Source: Actinomycetota bacterium (GTDB taxonomy: Bacteria > Actinomycetota > Acidimicrobiia > Acidimicrobiales > CADCSY01). Taken from it: a stretch of 63,986 nt of DNA. The translations under genes and the position numbers were made by a program. The notes under the pieces were generated by a model. It was not told the DNA's origin. It made no database searches and saw nothing but the letters and a program-made list of their open reading frames with translations. Shown piece after piece: positions 37,550 to 47,868 of the stretch (the stretch's first letter is position 1; the number at the start of each line of letters is the position of its first letter). The DNA is taken from positions 1 to 63,986 of the forward strand of contig JADDQY010000090.1 of the NCBI GenBank assembly GCA_016781135.1, given 5' to 3'.

Positions 37550-37980
37550 CCCTCGGCCGGGAGCTCGACGACCACGTTGGTCGACTTGACCGACGCCACG
37601 GCGAGGACGCCGGGTGCCAAGGCCAGCTCCTCGGCCGCCTCCCGGGTCATGAGCGAGACGAGGCGGTGCGGCCCGACCCGCATCTCGACCTGGGCCATCA
37701 CCGTGTCGGTGGTCACCCGGGTGACGATGCCCGGGAGCCGGTTGCGGGCCGAGGCGGGAACCCGCTGGTGCTCCCGGTCGTGCCCGTGCTCGGTTGCCAG
37801 CTCCTCAGCCAGGCGAGCCAGGTCGCGGCCGTCGATCAGTCGCTGCCCACCCTCGGTGCGGCGGGTGTGCAGCCGGCCGGCATCGGCCCAACGGCGCACG
37901 GTGTCGACACCGACCTCGAGCAACGCCGCTGCCTGTCCGATGCGGTACACCGGACGGGACGCGGAAGGGTTTCCGGCCAA
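37546..37980 (-). CDS. HTH-TOBE molybdenum regulator
   Basis: YRIGQAA.LL.V..DTVRRWAD plus SARNRL.G.V..MAQVE..VKSTNV. Alternative start GTG 37950. Confidence 0.9.
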   Translation of the reverse strand: MAGNPSASRPVYRIGQAAALLEVGVDTVRRWADAGRLHTRRTEGGQRLIDGRDLARLAEELATEHGHDREHQRVPASARNRLPGIVTRVTTDTVMAQVEMRVGPHRLVSLMTREAAEELALAPGVLAVASVKSTNVVVELPAEG

Positions 37981-38023
37981 TTCTCCCGTAGGGGCAACGC
38001 TAGACGAGAGAAAACCTCGCGCG

Positions 38024-39235
38024 CTACCGGCGCCGGCCCTTCTTGCGAGGTCGGGGCGCGATCGGGCCAGACGCCGGGGGCGCGGCCTTGGGCGGGGTGG
38101 GTGGCGTGGGTGGCGTGGGTGCCGCCGGCGTCGGTGCCTTCCCGTTGCTTCCGACCGCCCCGTTCCCCGACCTGGTGCTGGCGCCGACGCCCGCCGGGGC
38201 CGGCTCCGCCGCTCCGCCGGTGGGGATCAGCGGCGTGGTCCGTCCCTCGAGACGATGACGCAGGGACAGGTAGCGGGGCTCGCTCTCCTTGAGCACGGCC
38301 AGGAGAGGCGAGGCGATGAAGATCGAGGAGTAGGCGCTGGCCCCGAGACCGATGAGCAGCGCCAGGGCGAACTCCTGGAGGGTGGCGGCACCGAGCACGA
38401 ACGAGCCGATCACCAAAAGCGAGGCGATCGGCAGCAAGGCGGTGATGGACGTGTTGAGGGTGCGCATGAGCACCTGGTTCAAGGAGTCGTTCACCATCTG
38501 GCTGTAGGTGGTGCGGCCGGTGGTGGCGAGGACCTGGGCATTCTCGTCGACCTTGTCGAACACCACGATGCCGTCGTAGATCGAGTAGCCGAGGACGGTC
38601 AGGATGGCGATGACCGTGGCCGGCGTGACCTCGAACCCGGTGAGGGCGTAGACCCCGACGGTGACGAGGATGTCGTGCACCAGGGCGGCGAGGGTGGCCA
38701 GGGCCATCTTCCACTCGAAGCGCACGGTGATGTACAAGGTGATGGCCACGAGGAAGAACGCCAGCGCCCGCTGTGCCTTGCTGGTGATCTCCGAGCCCCA
38801 AGAAGGGCTCACCTCCGAGACCTGCACGTCGGTGACGTCCAACCCGGCGAGCTCGGCCAGGGCGCGGCTCACCTCGTCGCGGTCGGCGGCGTTGCCCGGC
38901 TCCGCTTGGACCCGCAGCCGCTGGCCCTGGTCCTCACCAAGCGTCTGGATCTCGACATCGGGCAGACCGACCGACGCCAGGGCCTGGCGGGCCTCACCGA
39001 CCGACACGTCGGTGGGCACCACCCACGAGCTGCCGCCCTGGAAGTCGATACCGAGGTTGAGCCCCCGGGTGGCCAGCCCCCCCAGGCCGACGAGGATGAC
39101 CAGCCCGGAGACGGCGAACCACAGCTTCTTGCGACCGACGAAGTTGATGTGGGTCTCGCCGTGGTAGAGGCGGCCGAGACGGCTCCGGCGGTGGCCGTTG
39201 ACCGCGGGCGTGAGCTTCCCCCGTCGGCGGCTCAC
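38024..39235 (-). CDS. secF: Protein translocase subunit SecF
   Basis: GLNLGIDF.GG, HD, GYSIYD..VVFD.V.EN, R.LNTS, YSSIFIASP. Confidence 0.95.
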   Translation of the reverse strand: MSRRRGKLTPAVNGHRRSRLGRLYHGETHINFVGRKKLWFAVSGLVILVGLGGLATRGLNLGIDFQGGSSWVVPTDVSVGEARQALASVGLPDVEIQTLGEDQGQRLRVQAEPGNAADRDEVSRALAELAGLDVTDVQVSEVSPSWGSEITSKAQRALAFFLVAITLYITVRFEWKMALATLAALVHDILVTVGVYALTGFEVTPATVIAILTVLGYSIYDGIVVFDKVDENAQVLATTGRTTYSQMVNDSLNQVLMRTLNTSITALLPIASLLVIGSFVLGAATLQEFALALLIGLGASAYSSIFIASPLLAVLKESEPRYLSLRHRLEGRTTPLIPTGGAAEPAPAGVGASTRSGNGAVGSNGKAPTPAAPTPPTPPTPPKAAPPASGPIAPRPRKKGRRR

Positions 39236-40647
39236 GACACCCCCACCGGAGCTCGGGTGCGACGGGCGGGCCCGGACACGCCGAGGAACCGACCCGAGGT
39301 GAACTTCCGCCGGCGAGCGAGTAGGGCGACGAGGGGACGGGTGAAGAAGTAGGCCACGATGACGTCGAGGACGGTGGACAGGCCGAGGAAGAACGCGAAG
39401 CCCCGCACCGCGCCCACGGTGAGCCAGTAGAGGAGCGCGGCGCCGAGGAACGCCGAGAAGTCGGCGGCCAGGATCGTGCGGAACGCTCGCTTGAAGCCAC
39501 GGTCGACCGACGAGCGCAAGCTCCGCCCGGCACGCATCTCGTCCTTGAGCCGCTCGAAGTAGACGATGTAGGAGTCGACGGTGACGCCCACCGAGACGAT
39601 GATGCCGGTGGCGCCGGCCAGGCTGAGCGCCAGACCCTGGGCCGCTCCCAGGTAGCTGATGACCGACCACTGCAGCGCCGCCCACACCAACAGCCCGAGG
39701 ACCACCACCAGGCCCAGGGTCCGGTAGTACAAGATCAGGTACAGCAGCACCAGGCCGGTGCCGATGGCCCCGGCGAGCAGCCCGGCGCGCAGCGAGTCGG
39801 CCCCGAGGGTGGGCGACACCGTCGACACCGACTCCTGCTCGAGCTGCACGGGCAACGCACCGAAGCGCAGCACCGTGGCCAGGTCCTTGGCCGCCGCCTC
39901 GTCGAAGTCGCCGGTGATGTTCACCTCGTCGCGCTGGTACTCGGGGTTCTGCACGGAAGGGGCCGACACCACCTTGCCATCGAGCACGATGGCCACGCTG
40001 CGCTGGGCGCAGGTGGGCTGGCCGTTGAAGCACGCATCGGCGACCTGGTTGAAGCGGGCGATCCCCTCGTCGGTGAACTCGAGCAGCACCGCCCACTCCG
40101 CCGACGTCGGCTCGAACACCGCCTGGGCGCCGGCGATGTCGCGCCCGAGGGACCCGGCCGGGCCGAGCCGGTACAGGACCTCGGTCTTGTCGTCGGCGAG
40201 CGTGCCCCCCAGGATCACCTCGCTGTCGGGAACGTCTTCCGCTTGCGGGGTGGGCGTGGGCAACGTCGTGGGCGGAGCGTCGGGGGGCGCCTCGAGCGGG
40301 ATGACCTCGAGCACCGGCCGGAACCGCAGCTCGGCGGTCTGGCCGACGGCTTCGAGGGCCCGGCGTTGGTCCTTCACCCCCGGGAGCTCGACCACGATGG
40401 CGTCACCCTGGCGGGTGATGTCGGCCTCGGCGACGCCGAGGGCGTCGACCCGGTCCCGGATCACCTCGATGGCCTGGTCGATGACCTCGGGGTCATCGAC
40501 CCCCCCGGGTGGCTGGAGCACCACCGAGGCACCGCCCTGCAGGTCGAGGCCGAGCTCGGGGGCGTTGCCGACGGCGATGGTGGCGGCCAGCAGACCGAAG
40601 GCGACGATGCAGATGCCCAGCAGTGAGACGAGGAGGCGGCGACGCAC
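39232..40647 (-). CDS. secD: Protein translocase subunit SecD
   Basis: LGLDLQGG, RVDALGVAE, AIVLDG.V.SAP, GALP, VDS.IV.FER, VRGFA. Confidence 0.95.
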   Translation of the reverse strand: MRRRLLVSLLGICIVAFGLLAATIAVGNAPELGLDLQGGASVVLQPPGGVDDPEVIDQAIEVIRDRVDALGVAEADITRQGDAIVVELPGVKDQRRALEAVGQTAELRFRPVLEVIPLEAPPDAPPTTLPTPTPQAEDVPDSEVILGGTLADDKTEVLYRLGPAGSLGRDIAGAQAVFEPTSAEWAVLLEFTDEGIARFNQVADACFNGQPTCAQRSVAIVLDGKVVSAPSVQNPEYQRDEVNITGDFDEAAAKDLATVLRFGALPVQLEQESVSTVSPTLGADSLRAGLLAGAIGTGLVLLYLILYYRTLGLVVVLGLLVWAALQWSVISYLGAAQGLALSLAGATGIIVSVGVTVDSYIVYFERLKDEMRAGRSLRSSVDRGFKRAFRTILAADFSAFLGAALLYWLTVGAVRGFAFFLGLSTVLDVIVAYFFTRPLVALLARRRKFTSGRFLGVSGPARRTRAPVGVS

Positions 40648-40929
40648 TCAGCCCTCCTGGTCCGGAGATCCGGCGGCAGGCTCGGGGTCGAGACGGCGGC
40701 TGACCGCCATGCGCAACAGGCGGATCTCCACCCCGGGGCTCACCTCGAGTCGCAGCTCGTCGTCGGTCACCACCCGCACCGTGCCCACGATGCCCCCGGC
40801 GGTGACGACCTCGTCGCCGGCGGCGATCGACGCCACCAGCTCTCGCTGCTTGCGCAACCGCGCCTGCTGGGGCCGGATGAGTAGGAGCCACATGAGGGCC
40901 AGGAGCAAGACGAAGGGGATGAGTTCCAT
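40648..40929 (-). CDS. yajC: Preprotein translocase subunit YajC
   Basis: N-terminal TM, IRPQQ, GDEVVTAGGIVG. Confidence 0.93.
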   Translation of the reverse strand: MELIPFVLLLALMWLLLIRPQQARLRKQRELVASIAAGDEVVTAGGIVGTVRVVTDDELRLEVSPGVEIRLLRMAVSRRLDPEPAAGSPDQEG

Positions 40930-41076
40930 AGGCGAGGTGAAACCGGCCCGCCGAACACGGCGAGCAGCGGGTCACGACCCTAGCGCGGCGAGCAACGACC
41001 CGATCAGTCGCGCCGGGCACGGCAAGGACACGGGGCGCGCGCGAAATCGTCGGCAGGTCCGGTACCGTGGCCGGCC

Positions 41077-41937
41077 ATGACCCGACTTCGCCTCGTGCTG
41101 GTGCTCGCAATCGCCCTCGCCACCGTCGGGCTGGCCACACCAGCGCGCGCCGGGCTGTTGGACTCGCTTCTTGGAGGGTCCTCCGGAGAAGGGACCAGCA
41201 CCGCCAGCGAGGCGACCACCGCCGAGGCCTGCCGGCCCTTCGCGGTCCCCGTCCTCGATCTCGGGCTCGGTTCGTGCCCGGGGGTGCGCCCCGGCGCCCG
41301 AGTGCAGACCGACAACGGTTCGTGCACCCTCAACTTCCTCTTCAGGGGGAGCGACGGCGAGCGCTACATGGGCACCGCCGGCCACTGCATCCTCTCCACG
41401 CTGCCGATCAGCCAGAACATCGGCGAGCAGTCCTTCGCTGCCGGCGAGGGGCCCGAGGCCCGCGACGGCGACGGAAACCGCATCGGTGAGTTCACCTACG
41501 CCATCCAAGACAACGCCAGGGACTTCGGCCTCGTCCGCCTCGACGACAACGTCGTCGCCAGCCCCCAGGTGGCCCAGTTCGGCGGGCCCACCGGGGTGAA
41601 CGACGAGCTCACCACCGGGCCGACGACGCTTTCGCTGTTCGGCAACCCCCTTGGCATCGGCGGTCCGCTGGCCAGCGGCAGAACCCTGTTGGCCCCCGGC
41701 GGCCTGCCCGACCCCGACACGGTGGGGGCGATCGGCGTCGCCTTGCCCGGCGACAGCGGGGGGCCGGTGCTCGACGAGCAGGGCCGGGCGGTGGGGGTGC
41801 TGGTCTCGGTGGGGGTCGGCCTCTCCCCGATCTCCAACCCCGGTCCCATCGGCATCACCCGGCTCACCCCCCAGGTGGACCAGGCCGAGCGGGTCATCGG
41901 CGTCGACCTCACGCTGCAGACCGCCCCGCAGCTGTAG
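41077..41937 (+). CDS. Secreted trypsin-like (S1) serine protease
   Basis: Signal peptide, CTLNF, TAGHC, DFGLVRL, GDSGGP catalytic motifs. Confidence 0.88.
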   Translation: MTRLRLVLVLAIALATVGLATPARAGLLDSLLGGSSGEGTSTASEATTAEACRPFAVPVLDLGLGSCPGVRPGARVQTDNGSCTLNFLFRGSDGERYMGTAGHCILSTLPISQNIGEQSFAAGEGPEARDGDGNRIGEFTYAIQDNARDFGLVRLDDNVVASPQVAQFGGPTGVNDELTTGPTTLSLFGNPLGIGGPLASGRTLLAPGGLPDPDTVGAIGVALPGDSGGPVLDEQGRAVGVLVSVGVGLSPISNPGPIGITRLTPQVDQAERVIGVDLTLQTAPQL

Positions 41938-41946
41938 AAGAACGAG

Positions 41947-42978
41947 TCAGTCGAACAGGCCGGGGGGTCCGCCCTGGGGCGCCGCAAGCCCCAGGCGGGA
42001 CCACGCCGCCGGGGTGGCCACCCGTCCCCGAGGAGTCCGCATGAGCAGACCCTGGCGGATGAGGAAGGGCTCGTAGACGTCTTCCACTGTCTCGGTGGGC
42101 TCGCTGACGCTGATGGCCAGCGTCGACAGCCCCACCGGTCCGCCGGCGAAGCGCTGGCACAGGGCCTCGAGGATCGCCCGGTCGACCTTGTCGAGCCCGA
42201 GCTCGTCGACCCCGAACACGGCCAACCCCTCGGCAGCGACAGCAGCATCGACCACCCCTTTGCCCCGCACCTCGGCGAAGTCGCGCACCCGGCGCAGCAG
42301 CCGGTTGGCGATGCGGGGGGTGCCCCGGGCCCTCCCGGCGATCTCTGCGGCGCCGTCGGTGGTGACCGGGACCCCGAGGATGGCGGCGGCCCGCAACACG
42401 ATGGTCTCGAGGTCGCCCGCCGGGTAGTGGTCGAGGCGCTCGACCAGGCCGAAGCGATCGCGCAACGGCCCGGTGATGAGCCCCGTCCGGGTGGTGGCAC
42501 CCACCAGGGTGAAGCGGGGCAACTCGAGGCGGATCGAACGGGCCGAGGGGCCCTGGCCCAGCACGATGTCGAGCTGGAAGTCCTCCATCGCCGGGTAGAG
42601 CACCTCCTCCACGGCCCGCGGGAGGCGGTGGACCTCGTCGACGAAGAGGACCTCACCTTCCTCGAGGTTGGTGAGGATGGCGGCCAGGTCGCCGGGGCGG
42701 GAGAGCGCCGGCCCCGAGGTGACGCGCAGGCCTACCTCCATCTCCGCGGCGACGATGCCGGCGAGCGTCGTCTTGCCCAACCCCGGGGGCCCGGCGAAGA
42801 GGAGGTGGTCAGCAGCCTGGCCCCGGAGACGGGCGGCCTCGAGGACGATCGACAGGTGTTGCTTGAGCTCGGCCTGGCCCACGAAGTCGACCAGGCGTCG
42901 AGGGCGCAACCCCGACTCCTCCACCTCGTCGCCATCGACGGCGGTGGCGGTGAGTGCCTCGTTGCGACCCGAGGTCAT
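41947..42978 (-). CDS. ruvB: Holliday junction branch-migration ATPase RuvB
   Basis: [48 protein letters not shown]. Confidence 0.97.
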   Translation of the reverse strand: MTSGRNEALTATAVDGDEVEESGLRPRRLVDFVGQAELKQHLSIVLEAARLRGQAADHLLFAGPPGLGKTTLAGIVAAEMEVGLRVTSGPALSRPGDLAAILTNLEEGEVLFVDEVHRLPRAVEEVLYPAMEDFQLDIVLGQGPSARSIRLELPRFTLVGATTRTGLITGPLRDRFGLVERLDHYPAGDLETIVLRAAAILGVPVTTDGAAEIAGRARGTPRIANRLLRRVRDFAEVRGKGVVDAAVAAEGLAVFGVDELGLDKVDRAILEALCQRFAGGPVGLSTLAISVSEPTETVEDVYEPFLIRQGLLMRTPRGRVATPAAWSRLGLAAPQGGPPGLFD

Positions 42979-43595
42979 CGGGCCCCGCCGAGGTTGGCCA
43001 GCGCCGTTCTGAGCAGCTGTCCGGCGTCGTCGCCGTCGGGGAGGTCGCGCACCGCTTCGGCCACCTCGTCGGGACCGTAGCCCAAGGCGACCAGCGCTTG
43101 GCGCACGTCTGCCCTCGCCGAAGCGGGGGACCCGCCGTGTCCGGGCGCCTGCGTCGGCGGCGCCGGCAGGCCACCGACGGGGACGGCGGTGGCACCGAGG
43201 CGGTCCTTGAGCTCCAGCAACAAGCGGGCGGCGGTCTTGCGCCCCACGCCGGGCACCAGACACAACGCAGCGACGTCGTCGTCGGCGACCGCTCGGCGCA
43301 GGTCGTCGGGCCGGTGCACCGACAGCACCGCCAGAGCCAGCGCCGGCCCGACGCCGTGGGCTCCGATGAGCGCCTCGAAGCAGGCCCGCTCGTCGCGTGT
43401 GGCGAAGCCGTAGAGGGTGAGGGCGTCCTCCCTCACGGCCAGGTGGGTGTGGAGCACGACGTCGTCACCCGGTTCTCCGAGGCCGGGCACGGTGGGCGGC
43501 GGCACCAGCAACCGGTAGCCGACCCCGGCCACCTCCACCAGCACCGCCCCGTCGAGGCCGCGCTCGACGAGGGCCCCGCGCAGCGAGCCGATCAC
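42975..43595 (-). CDS. ruvA: RuvA
   Basis: [24 protein letters not shown] HhH motifs, ALVALGY. Confidence 0.95.
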   Translation of the reverse strand: MIGSLRGALVERGLDGAVLVEVAGVGYRLLVPPPTVPGLGEPGDDVVLHTHLAVREDALTLYGFATRDERACFEALIGAHGVGPALALAVLSVHRPDDLRRAVADDDVAALCLVPGVGRKTAARLLLELKDRLGATAVPVGGLPAPPTQAPGHGGSPASARADVRQALVALGYGPDEVAEAVRDLPDGDDAGQLLRTALANLGGAR

Positions 43596-44101
43596 CGGGC
43601 CGCCCGGTACGCCCGAGCAACGGTGGCCCGGAACGGCGCCATGGCGTGGTGGCACAGGGCCAGGGCCAGGGCGTCGGCCACGTCGGCCGGGTGGGGCCGC
43701 CGAGCGAGGCCGAGCTGGGCCTGGACCATGCGCTGCACCTGCTCCTTGGGCGCTCCGCCGAACCCGGTCACCGCCTGCTTGACCTCGTTGGCGGTGTACT
43801 GGGCCACACCACAGCCGGCGGCGGCGGCCTCGGCCAGGGCCAGGCCGCTGGCCTGGCCGACCGACATGGCGGTGCGGGCGTTGACCTGGAAGAAGACCCG
43901 CTCCACCGCTACCACCGCGGGCGCCAGGTCGGCGATCAGGCCCCGGAGGCCGCCCTGGAGCTGGGCCAGGCGATCAGGCAGCCCGTCGGCGGCCGACGTG
44001 GCCAACACCCCGGCCGCCACCGCCCGCAGGGCGGAACGCTCGCGCACCACCGCCCCGTAACCGCACCGGGTCAGCCCGGGGTCGATGCCGAGGACGAACA
44101 T
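43592..44101 (-). CDS. ruvC: Holliday junction resolvase RuvC
   Basis: VLGIDPGLTRCGYG, ERVFF, VKQAVTG.G.A.K.QV, DVADALALA. Confidence 0.96.
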   Translation of the reverse strand: MFVLGIDPGLTRCGYGAVVRERSALRAVAAGVLATSAADGLPDRLAQLQGGLRGLIADLAPAVVAVERVFFQVNARTAMSVGQASGLALAEAAAAGCGVAQYTANEVKQAVTGFGGAPKEQVQRMVQAQLGLARRPHPADVADALALALCHHAMAPFRATVARAYRAAR

Positions 44102-44197
44102 CGGTTCGTCACCGTAGCGGGCCGGTCCGCCCAGAGCGCGGATCGTCGGGGTCCGAGCACGTCCCCCTCGCCCACCGCTGACGAGGGGGAGGCCGAG

Positions 44198-44947
44198 TCA
44201 GGCCTCCACCGCTTGGAGCACGTCGTCGGGCACGTCGAAGTTGGCGTAGACGCCCTGCACGTCGTCGTGGTCGTCGAGGGCGTCGATGACCCGCAGCACC
44301 CGCTTGGCGTCGTCGCCCGATCCGAGCGGCACGGTCGTCGTGGGCACCATGGTCAGCTCGGCCGACTCCACCTCGATGTCCGCCTCCTGCAGGGCGGCGG
44401 TCACCGACCCGAGCGCCCCCGGCTCGCAGGTGATCCGCCAGGTGTCGCCCTCGGCAGTCAGATCGTCGGCCCCGGCCTCGAGGACGACGAGCATGAGCTC
44501 GTCCTCACTGACCCGGCCGGGCAGCAGCACCACACCCTTGCGCTCGAACTGCCAGGCCACCGCCCCGGGCTCGGCCAGCGACCCGCCGTTGCGAGTGAAC
44601 AGGGAGCGGATGTCGGCCCCGGTGCGGTTGCGGTTGTCGGTGAGCGCCTCGACGTAGACCGCCACCCCGCAGGGGGCGTAGCCCTCGTAGGACACCGGCT
44701 CGTAGCGCACGCCCTCGAGCTCGCCCGTGCCCCGCTTGATCGCTCGCTCGATGGTGTCGAGGGGCACCGAGGCGTCTCGGGCCTTCTGGTACATCGTGCG
44801 CAGGGTGGCGTTCGACTCGAGATCGCCACCTCCTTGACGGGCGGTGACCTCGACCTGGCGGATCAGCTTGGCGAAGAGCTTGCCTCGGGCTTTGTCCTTG
44901 GCCCCCTTCTGGTGCTTGATGCTGGCCCACTTGGAGTGACCGGACAT
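44198..44947 (-). CDS. yebC: YebC/PmpR family protein
   Basis: MSGHSKWASIKH.KG, YEGY.P.GVA, TDNRNRT, DDVQ.VY.N. Confidence 0.95.
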   Translation of the reverse strand: MSGHSKWASIKHQKGAKDKARGKLFAKLIRQVEVTARQGGGDLESNATLRTMYQKARDASVPLDTIERAIKRGTGELEGVRYEPVSYEGYAPCGVAVYVEALTDNRNRTGADIRSLFTRNGGSLAEPGAVAWQFERKGVVLLPGRVSEDELMLVVLEAGADDLTAEGDTWRITCEPGALGSVTAALQEADIEVESAELTMVPTTTVPLGSGDDAKRVLRVIDALDDHDDVQGVYANFDVPDDVLQAVEA

Positions 44948-45540
44948 GGAATTTCCATCCTTTCTAGGAACAGCTGGTGGATGCGCTGGTCGCCTCCGAG
45001 CTCCGGGTGGAAAGAGCACACGACGACAGAGCCGGCGGCGCAGAGCACCGGGCCCTGCTCGACGCGCGCCAGCACCTCGACCCCGTCACCGACCCGCTCC
45101 ACCACGGGGGCCCGGATGAACACCGCCGGGAACGGGCCACCGGCGAGCCCGTCGACGTCGAGGTCGGCTTCGAACGAGTCGCGCTGGCGCCCAAAGGCGT
45201 TCCGGCGCACCGCGAGGTCGATGATCCCGAGGCTGCGCTGGTCGGGGCGGCCGTCGAGCACCTCGGTGGCGCTCAGGATCATCCCTGCGCAGGTGCCGAG
45301 CACGGGGAGCCCCTCGGCCACCCGCTCTTCGAGGGGCCGCTGCAGCCCCGAGGAGTCGAGCAGCATCGACATCGTGGTCGACTCCCCGCCGGGCACGACC
45401 AGGGCGTCGATGCCGGCCAGGTCGGCGGGCTGGCGGACCTCGACGGGATGGGCGCCGAGCTCAGCGAGGGCGGACGCGTGCAGCCGGGCGGCGCCCTGCA
45501 AGGCCAGCACGCCCACGCGGGGGGCGATGGCGGCTCGCAC
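44863..45540 (-). CDS. pdxT: PLP synthase glutaminase subunit
   Basis: GVLALQG, PGGESTT, GTCAG, RNAFGRQ, FHPEL. The C-terminal tail overlaps the yebC start. Confidence 0.93.
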   Translation of the reverse strand: MRAAIAPRVGVLALQGAARLHASALAELGAHPVEVRQPADLAGIDALVVPGGESTTMSMLLDSSGLQRPLEERVAEGLPVLGTCAGMILSATEVLDGRPDQRSLGIIDLAVRRNAFGRQRDSFEADLDVDGLAGGPFPAVFIRAPVVERVGDGVEVLARVEQGPVLCAAGSVVVCSFHPELGGDQRIHQLFLERMEIPCPVTPSGPASSTRRGPRTKPEASSSPS

Positions 45541-45570
45541 CTGGCGGCCTCCCAGCCCGGACGCTCACGG

Positions 45571-46476
45571 CTACCAGCCCCGCTCGGCCAGCTTGGTGTC
45601 GAGGTCGCCGACTTCGAGGCCAGGCATGGCGGCGCCGAGGCCGCGGCTCACCTTGGCCACCAACTCGGCGTCAGCGAAGTGAGTGGTGGCCTCGACGATG
45701 GCCCGAGCGGTCCGCGGCGGGTCGGCGCTCTTGAAGATGCCCGAGCCGACGAACACCGCCTGGGCACCGAGCTGCATGACCAGCGAGGCGTCGGCCGGCG
45801 TGGCGATGCCGCCGGCGCAGAACAAGGGGACGGGCAGGATGCCGCTGCCGGCGACCTCTTGAACCAGCCCGACGGGGGCGCCCAGGCGCTTGGCCCAGTC
45901 GTAGAGCTCGGCGGCGTCGGCCACACCGAGGCGCCGCAGGTCGCCGAGGATCGAACGTAGGTGGCGCACCGCCTCGACGATGTTGCCGGTGCCGGCCTCG
46001 CCCTTGGAGCGGATCATGGCCGCGCCCTCGCTGATCCGCCGCAGCGCCTCGCCCAGGCTGGTGGCACCGCACACGAAGGGCACGGTGAAGGCCCACTTGT
46101 CGATGTGGTGGGCCTCGTCGGCGGGGGTCAGCACTTCGGACTCGTCGATGAAGTCGACCCCCAGGGCTTCGAGGACCTGGGCCTCGGCGAAGTGACCGAT
46201 GCGGGCCTTGGCCATCACCGGGATGGTGACCGCCGCCTTGATCCCCTCGATGAGCGCCGGATCGCTCATCCGGGCGACCCCACCGTCGCGGCGGATGTCG
46301 GCAGGCACCCGCTCCAGCGCCATCACCGCCACCGCTCCGGCGTCTTCGGCCACCTTGGCCTGCTCGGCGTCGACCACGTCCATGATCACGCCGCCCTCGA
46401 GCATCGCGGCCAGCCCCCGCTTGAGCCGGTCCGTGCCCGTCGATGCCCGGGGAGTTGATTCGGGAGCAGCTGTCAT
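45571..46476 (-). CDS. pdxS: PLP synthase lyase subunit
   Basis: [46 protein letters not shown]. Confidence 0.97.
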   Translation of the reverse strand: MTAAPESTPRASTGTDRLKRGLAAMLEGGVIMDVVDAEQAKVAEDAGAVAVMALERVPADIRRDGGVARMSDPALIEGIKAAVTIPVMAKARIGHFAEAQVLEALGVDFIDESEVLTPADEAHHIDKWAFTVPFVCGATSLGEALRRISEGAAMIRSKGEAGTGNIVEAVRHLRSILGDLRRLGVADAAELYDWAKRLGAPVGLVQEVAGSGILPVPLFCAGGIATPADASLVMQLGAQAVFVGSGIFKSADPPRTARAIVEATTHFADAELVAKVSRGLGAAMPGLEVGDLDTKLAERGW

Positions 46477-46608
46477 CCGTCCAGTGTACGAGCCCGGCCC
46501 GAGCATGATCCCCTCAGTTCTCGGCCGGTGACTCGCGCTCGACGCCTCGTGGGCACCTCTGCACCTCCACGGCGGCGAACGCCCACAGAGTCGAGGAGCG
46601 AGGGGTGC

Positions 46609-47649
46609 TCATCTCGGCCACGACGTCGTGCCCGTCGATCCGACCTCGGGCGAGATTCGTCGCACAGCTCCCGACGAGGGGTGCAAGCGCCAGCCTCGAA
46701 CGGGGCTGTCGGGCTCGGCCAGCGCCACCACCGCCCCGCCGAAGCCCCCACCGGTGAGGCGGGCGCCGTAGACCCCCGGCGTGCCCGCCAGCTCGGTCAC
46801 CAACCGGTCGAGAACCGGCGTCGACACCTCCATGTCGTCGCGCAGGCTGGCGTGGCTTGCGCCCATCAGGGCCCCGGCTGTGGCCAGGTCACCCGAGCGG
46901 AGGCAGTCGACGAAGCGAGCGACGCGCTCGTTCTCGCCCACCACGTGTCGGGCCCGCCGGCGCACCAGCTCGTCGTCGAGGGTGGCCACGTCGGCAAGCG
47001 AGGCCTCCCGCAGCGGGCCGATGAGCCGGGCGGCGGCCTCGCAGTCGGCCCGCCGCTCGGCGTACGCCGACCCGGCGAGGGTCCGGCTGGCCCCGGAGTC
47101 GACGACCACCACCTCGACCTCAGCGGGCACCACCACCGGGGTCACCTCCAGCGACGTGCAATCGATGAGCAGCGCGTGGCCGGCGACGCCGGCCGCCGAC
47201 ACCAACTGGTCCATCACTCCCGAGGGCACGCCACTGGCGACATGCTCGGCCCGCTGGCAGGCCAGGGCCAGCTCGAGCGCCGACCCCTCGAAGCCGAGCG
47301 CCAACGCCACCGCCACCTCGAGGGCGGCGCTCGACGACAGTCCCACCCCTACCGGCAACGAGGTCTGCACGGTGCCCGTCGCTCCCGTGGTGGGCCGCAG
47401 CACGGCCACCACGCCGGCCACGTAGCGGGCCCACGGGGGCCAGACGGCTGCGGGCTCGGCGACGGCGAGGTCGACCACCGCGGACTGGGGCTCGACCGAG
47501 GATCGCAGCTCCACACGGTGGCCGCCGTGGTCGACCTCCACGGTGGTGCCCCACTCGATGGCCATGGGCAGCACGAGGCCGCCGGTGTAGTCGGTGTGGT
47601 CACCGATGAGGTTGACCCGACCGGGAGCGTGCGCTTGGACCACGGGCAT
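46609..47649 (-). CDS. galK: Galactokinase
   Basis: APGRVNLIGDHTDY, GLSSSAA, G.MDQ, GARLTGGGFGG. Confidence 0.93.
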   Translation of the reverse strand: MPVVQAHAPGRVNLIGDHTDYTGGLVLPMAIEWGTTVEVDHGGHRVELRSSVEPQSAVVDLAVAEPAAVWPPWARYVAGVVAVLRPTTGATGTVQTSLPVGVGLSSSAALEVAVALALGFEGSALELALACQRAEHVASGVPSGVMDQLVSAAGVAGHALLIDCTSLEVTPVVVPAEVEVVVVDSGASRTLAGSAYAERRADCEAAARLIGPLREASLADVATLDDELVRRRARHVVGENERVARFVDCLRSGDLATAGALMGASHASLRDDMEVSTPVLDRLVTELAGTPGVYGARLTGGGFGGAVVALAEPDSPVRGWRLHPSSGAVRRISPEVGSTGTTSWPR

Positions 47650-47868
47650 GGCCACCGATGGTACGAACGGCGCTGTCAGGACCCTCCAGCCTTCTGCCGC
47701 GCCGACGGCGCCGAGATCGGCCGCTCGGACCGGCGGAGACAGGGCGCTCCCGGCCCCGCGGTTTCGGGTTCCGGTCACGCGGGGTAGTGGCCGGGCGGTT
47801 CCGTCCCGCGGCCACAGTCACCGGACACGTTGTCACCACCGAGGGCTCGGCCCCACGAAGGAGTATGC

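Noticed and set aside
38090-38125. 9-bp repeats (gggtggcgt) in the secF 3' end
   Set aside because: They encode a low-complexity Pro/Thr tail, which is ordinary for actinobacterial SecF.
44863-44947. 85-bp overlap of pdxT with yebC
   Set aside because: Most simply a lost stop codon or an indel giving a non-conserved tail; nothing suggests function.
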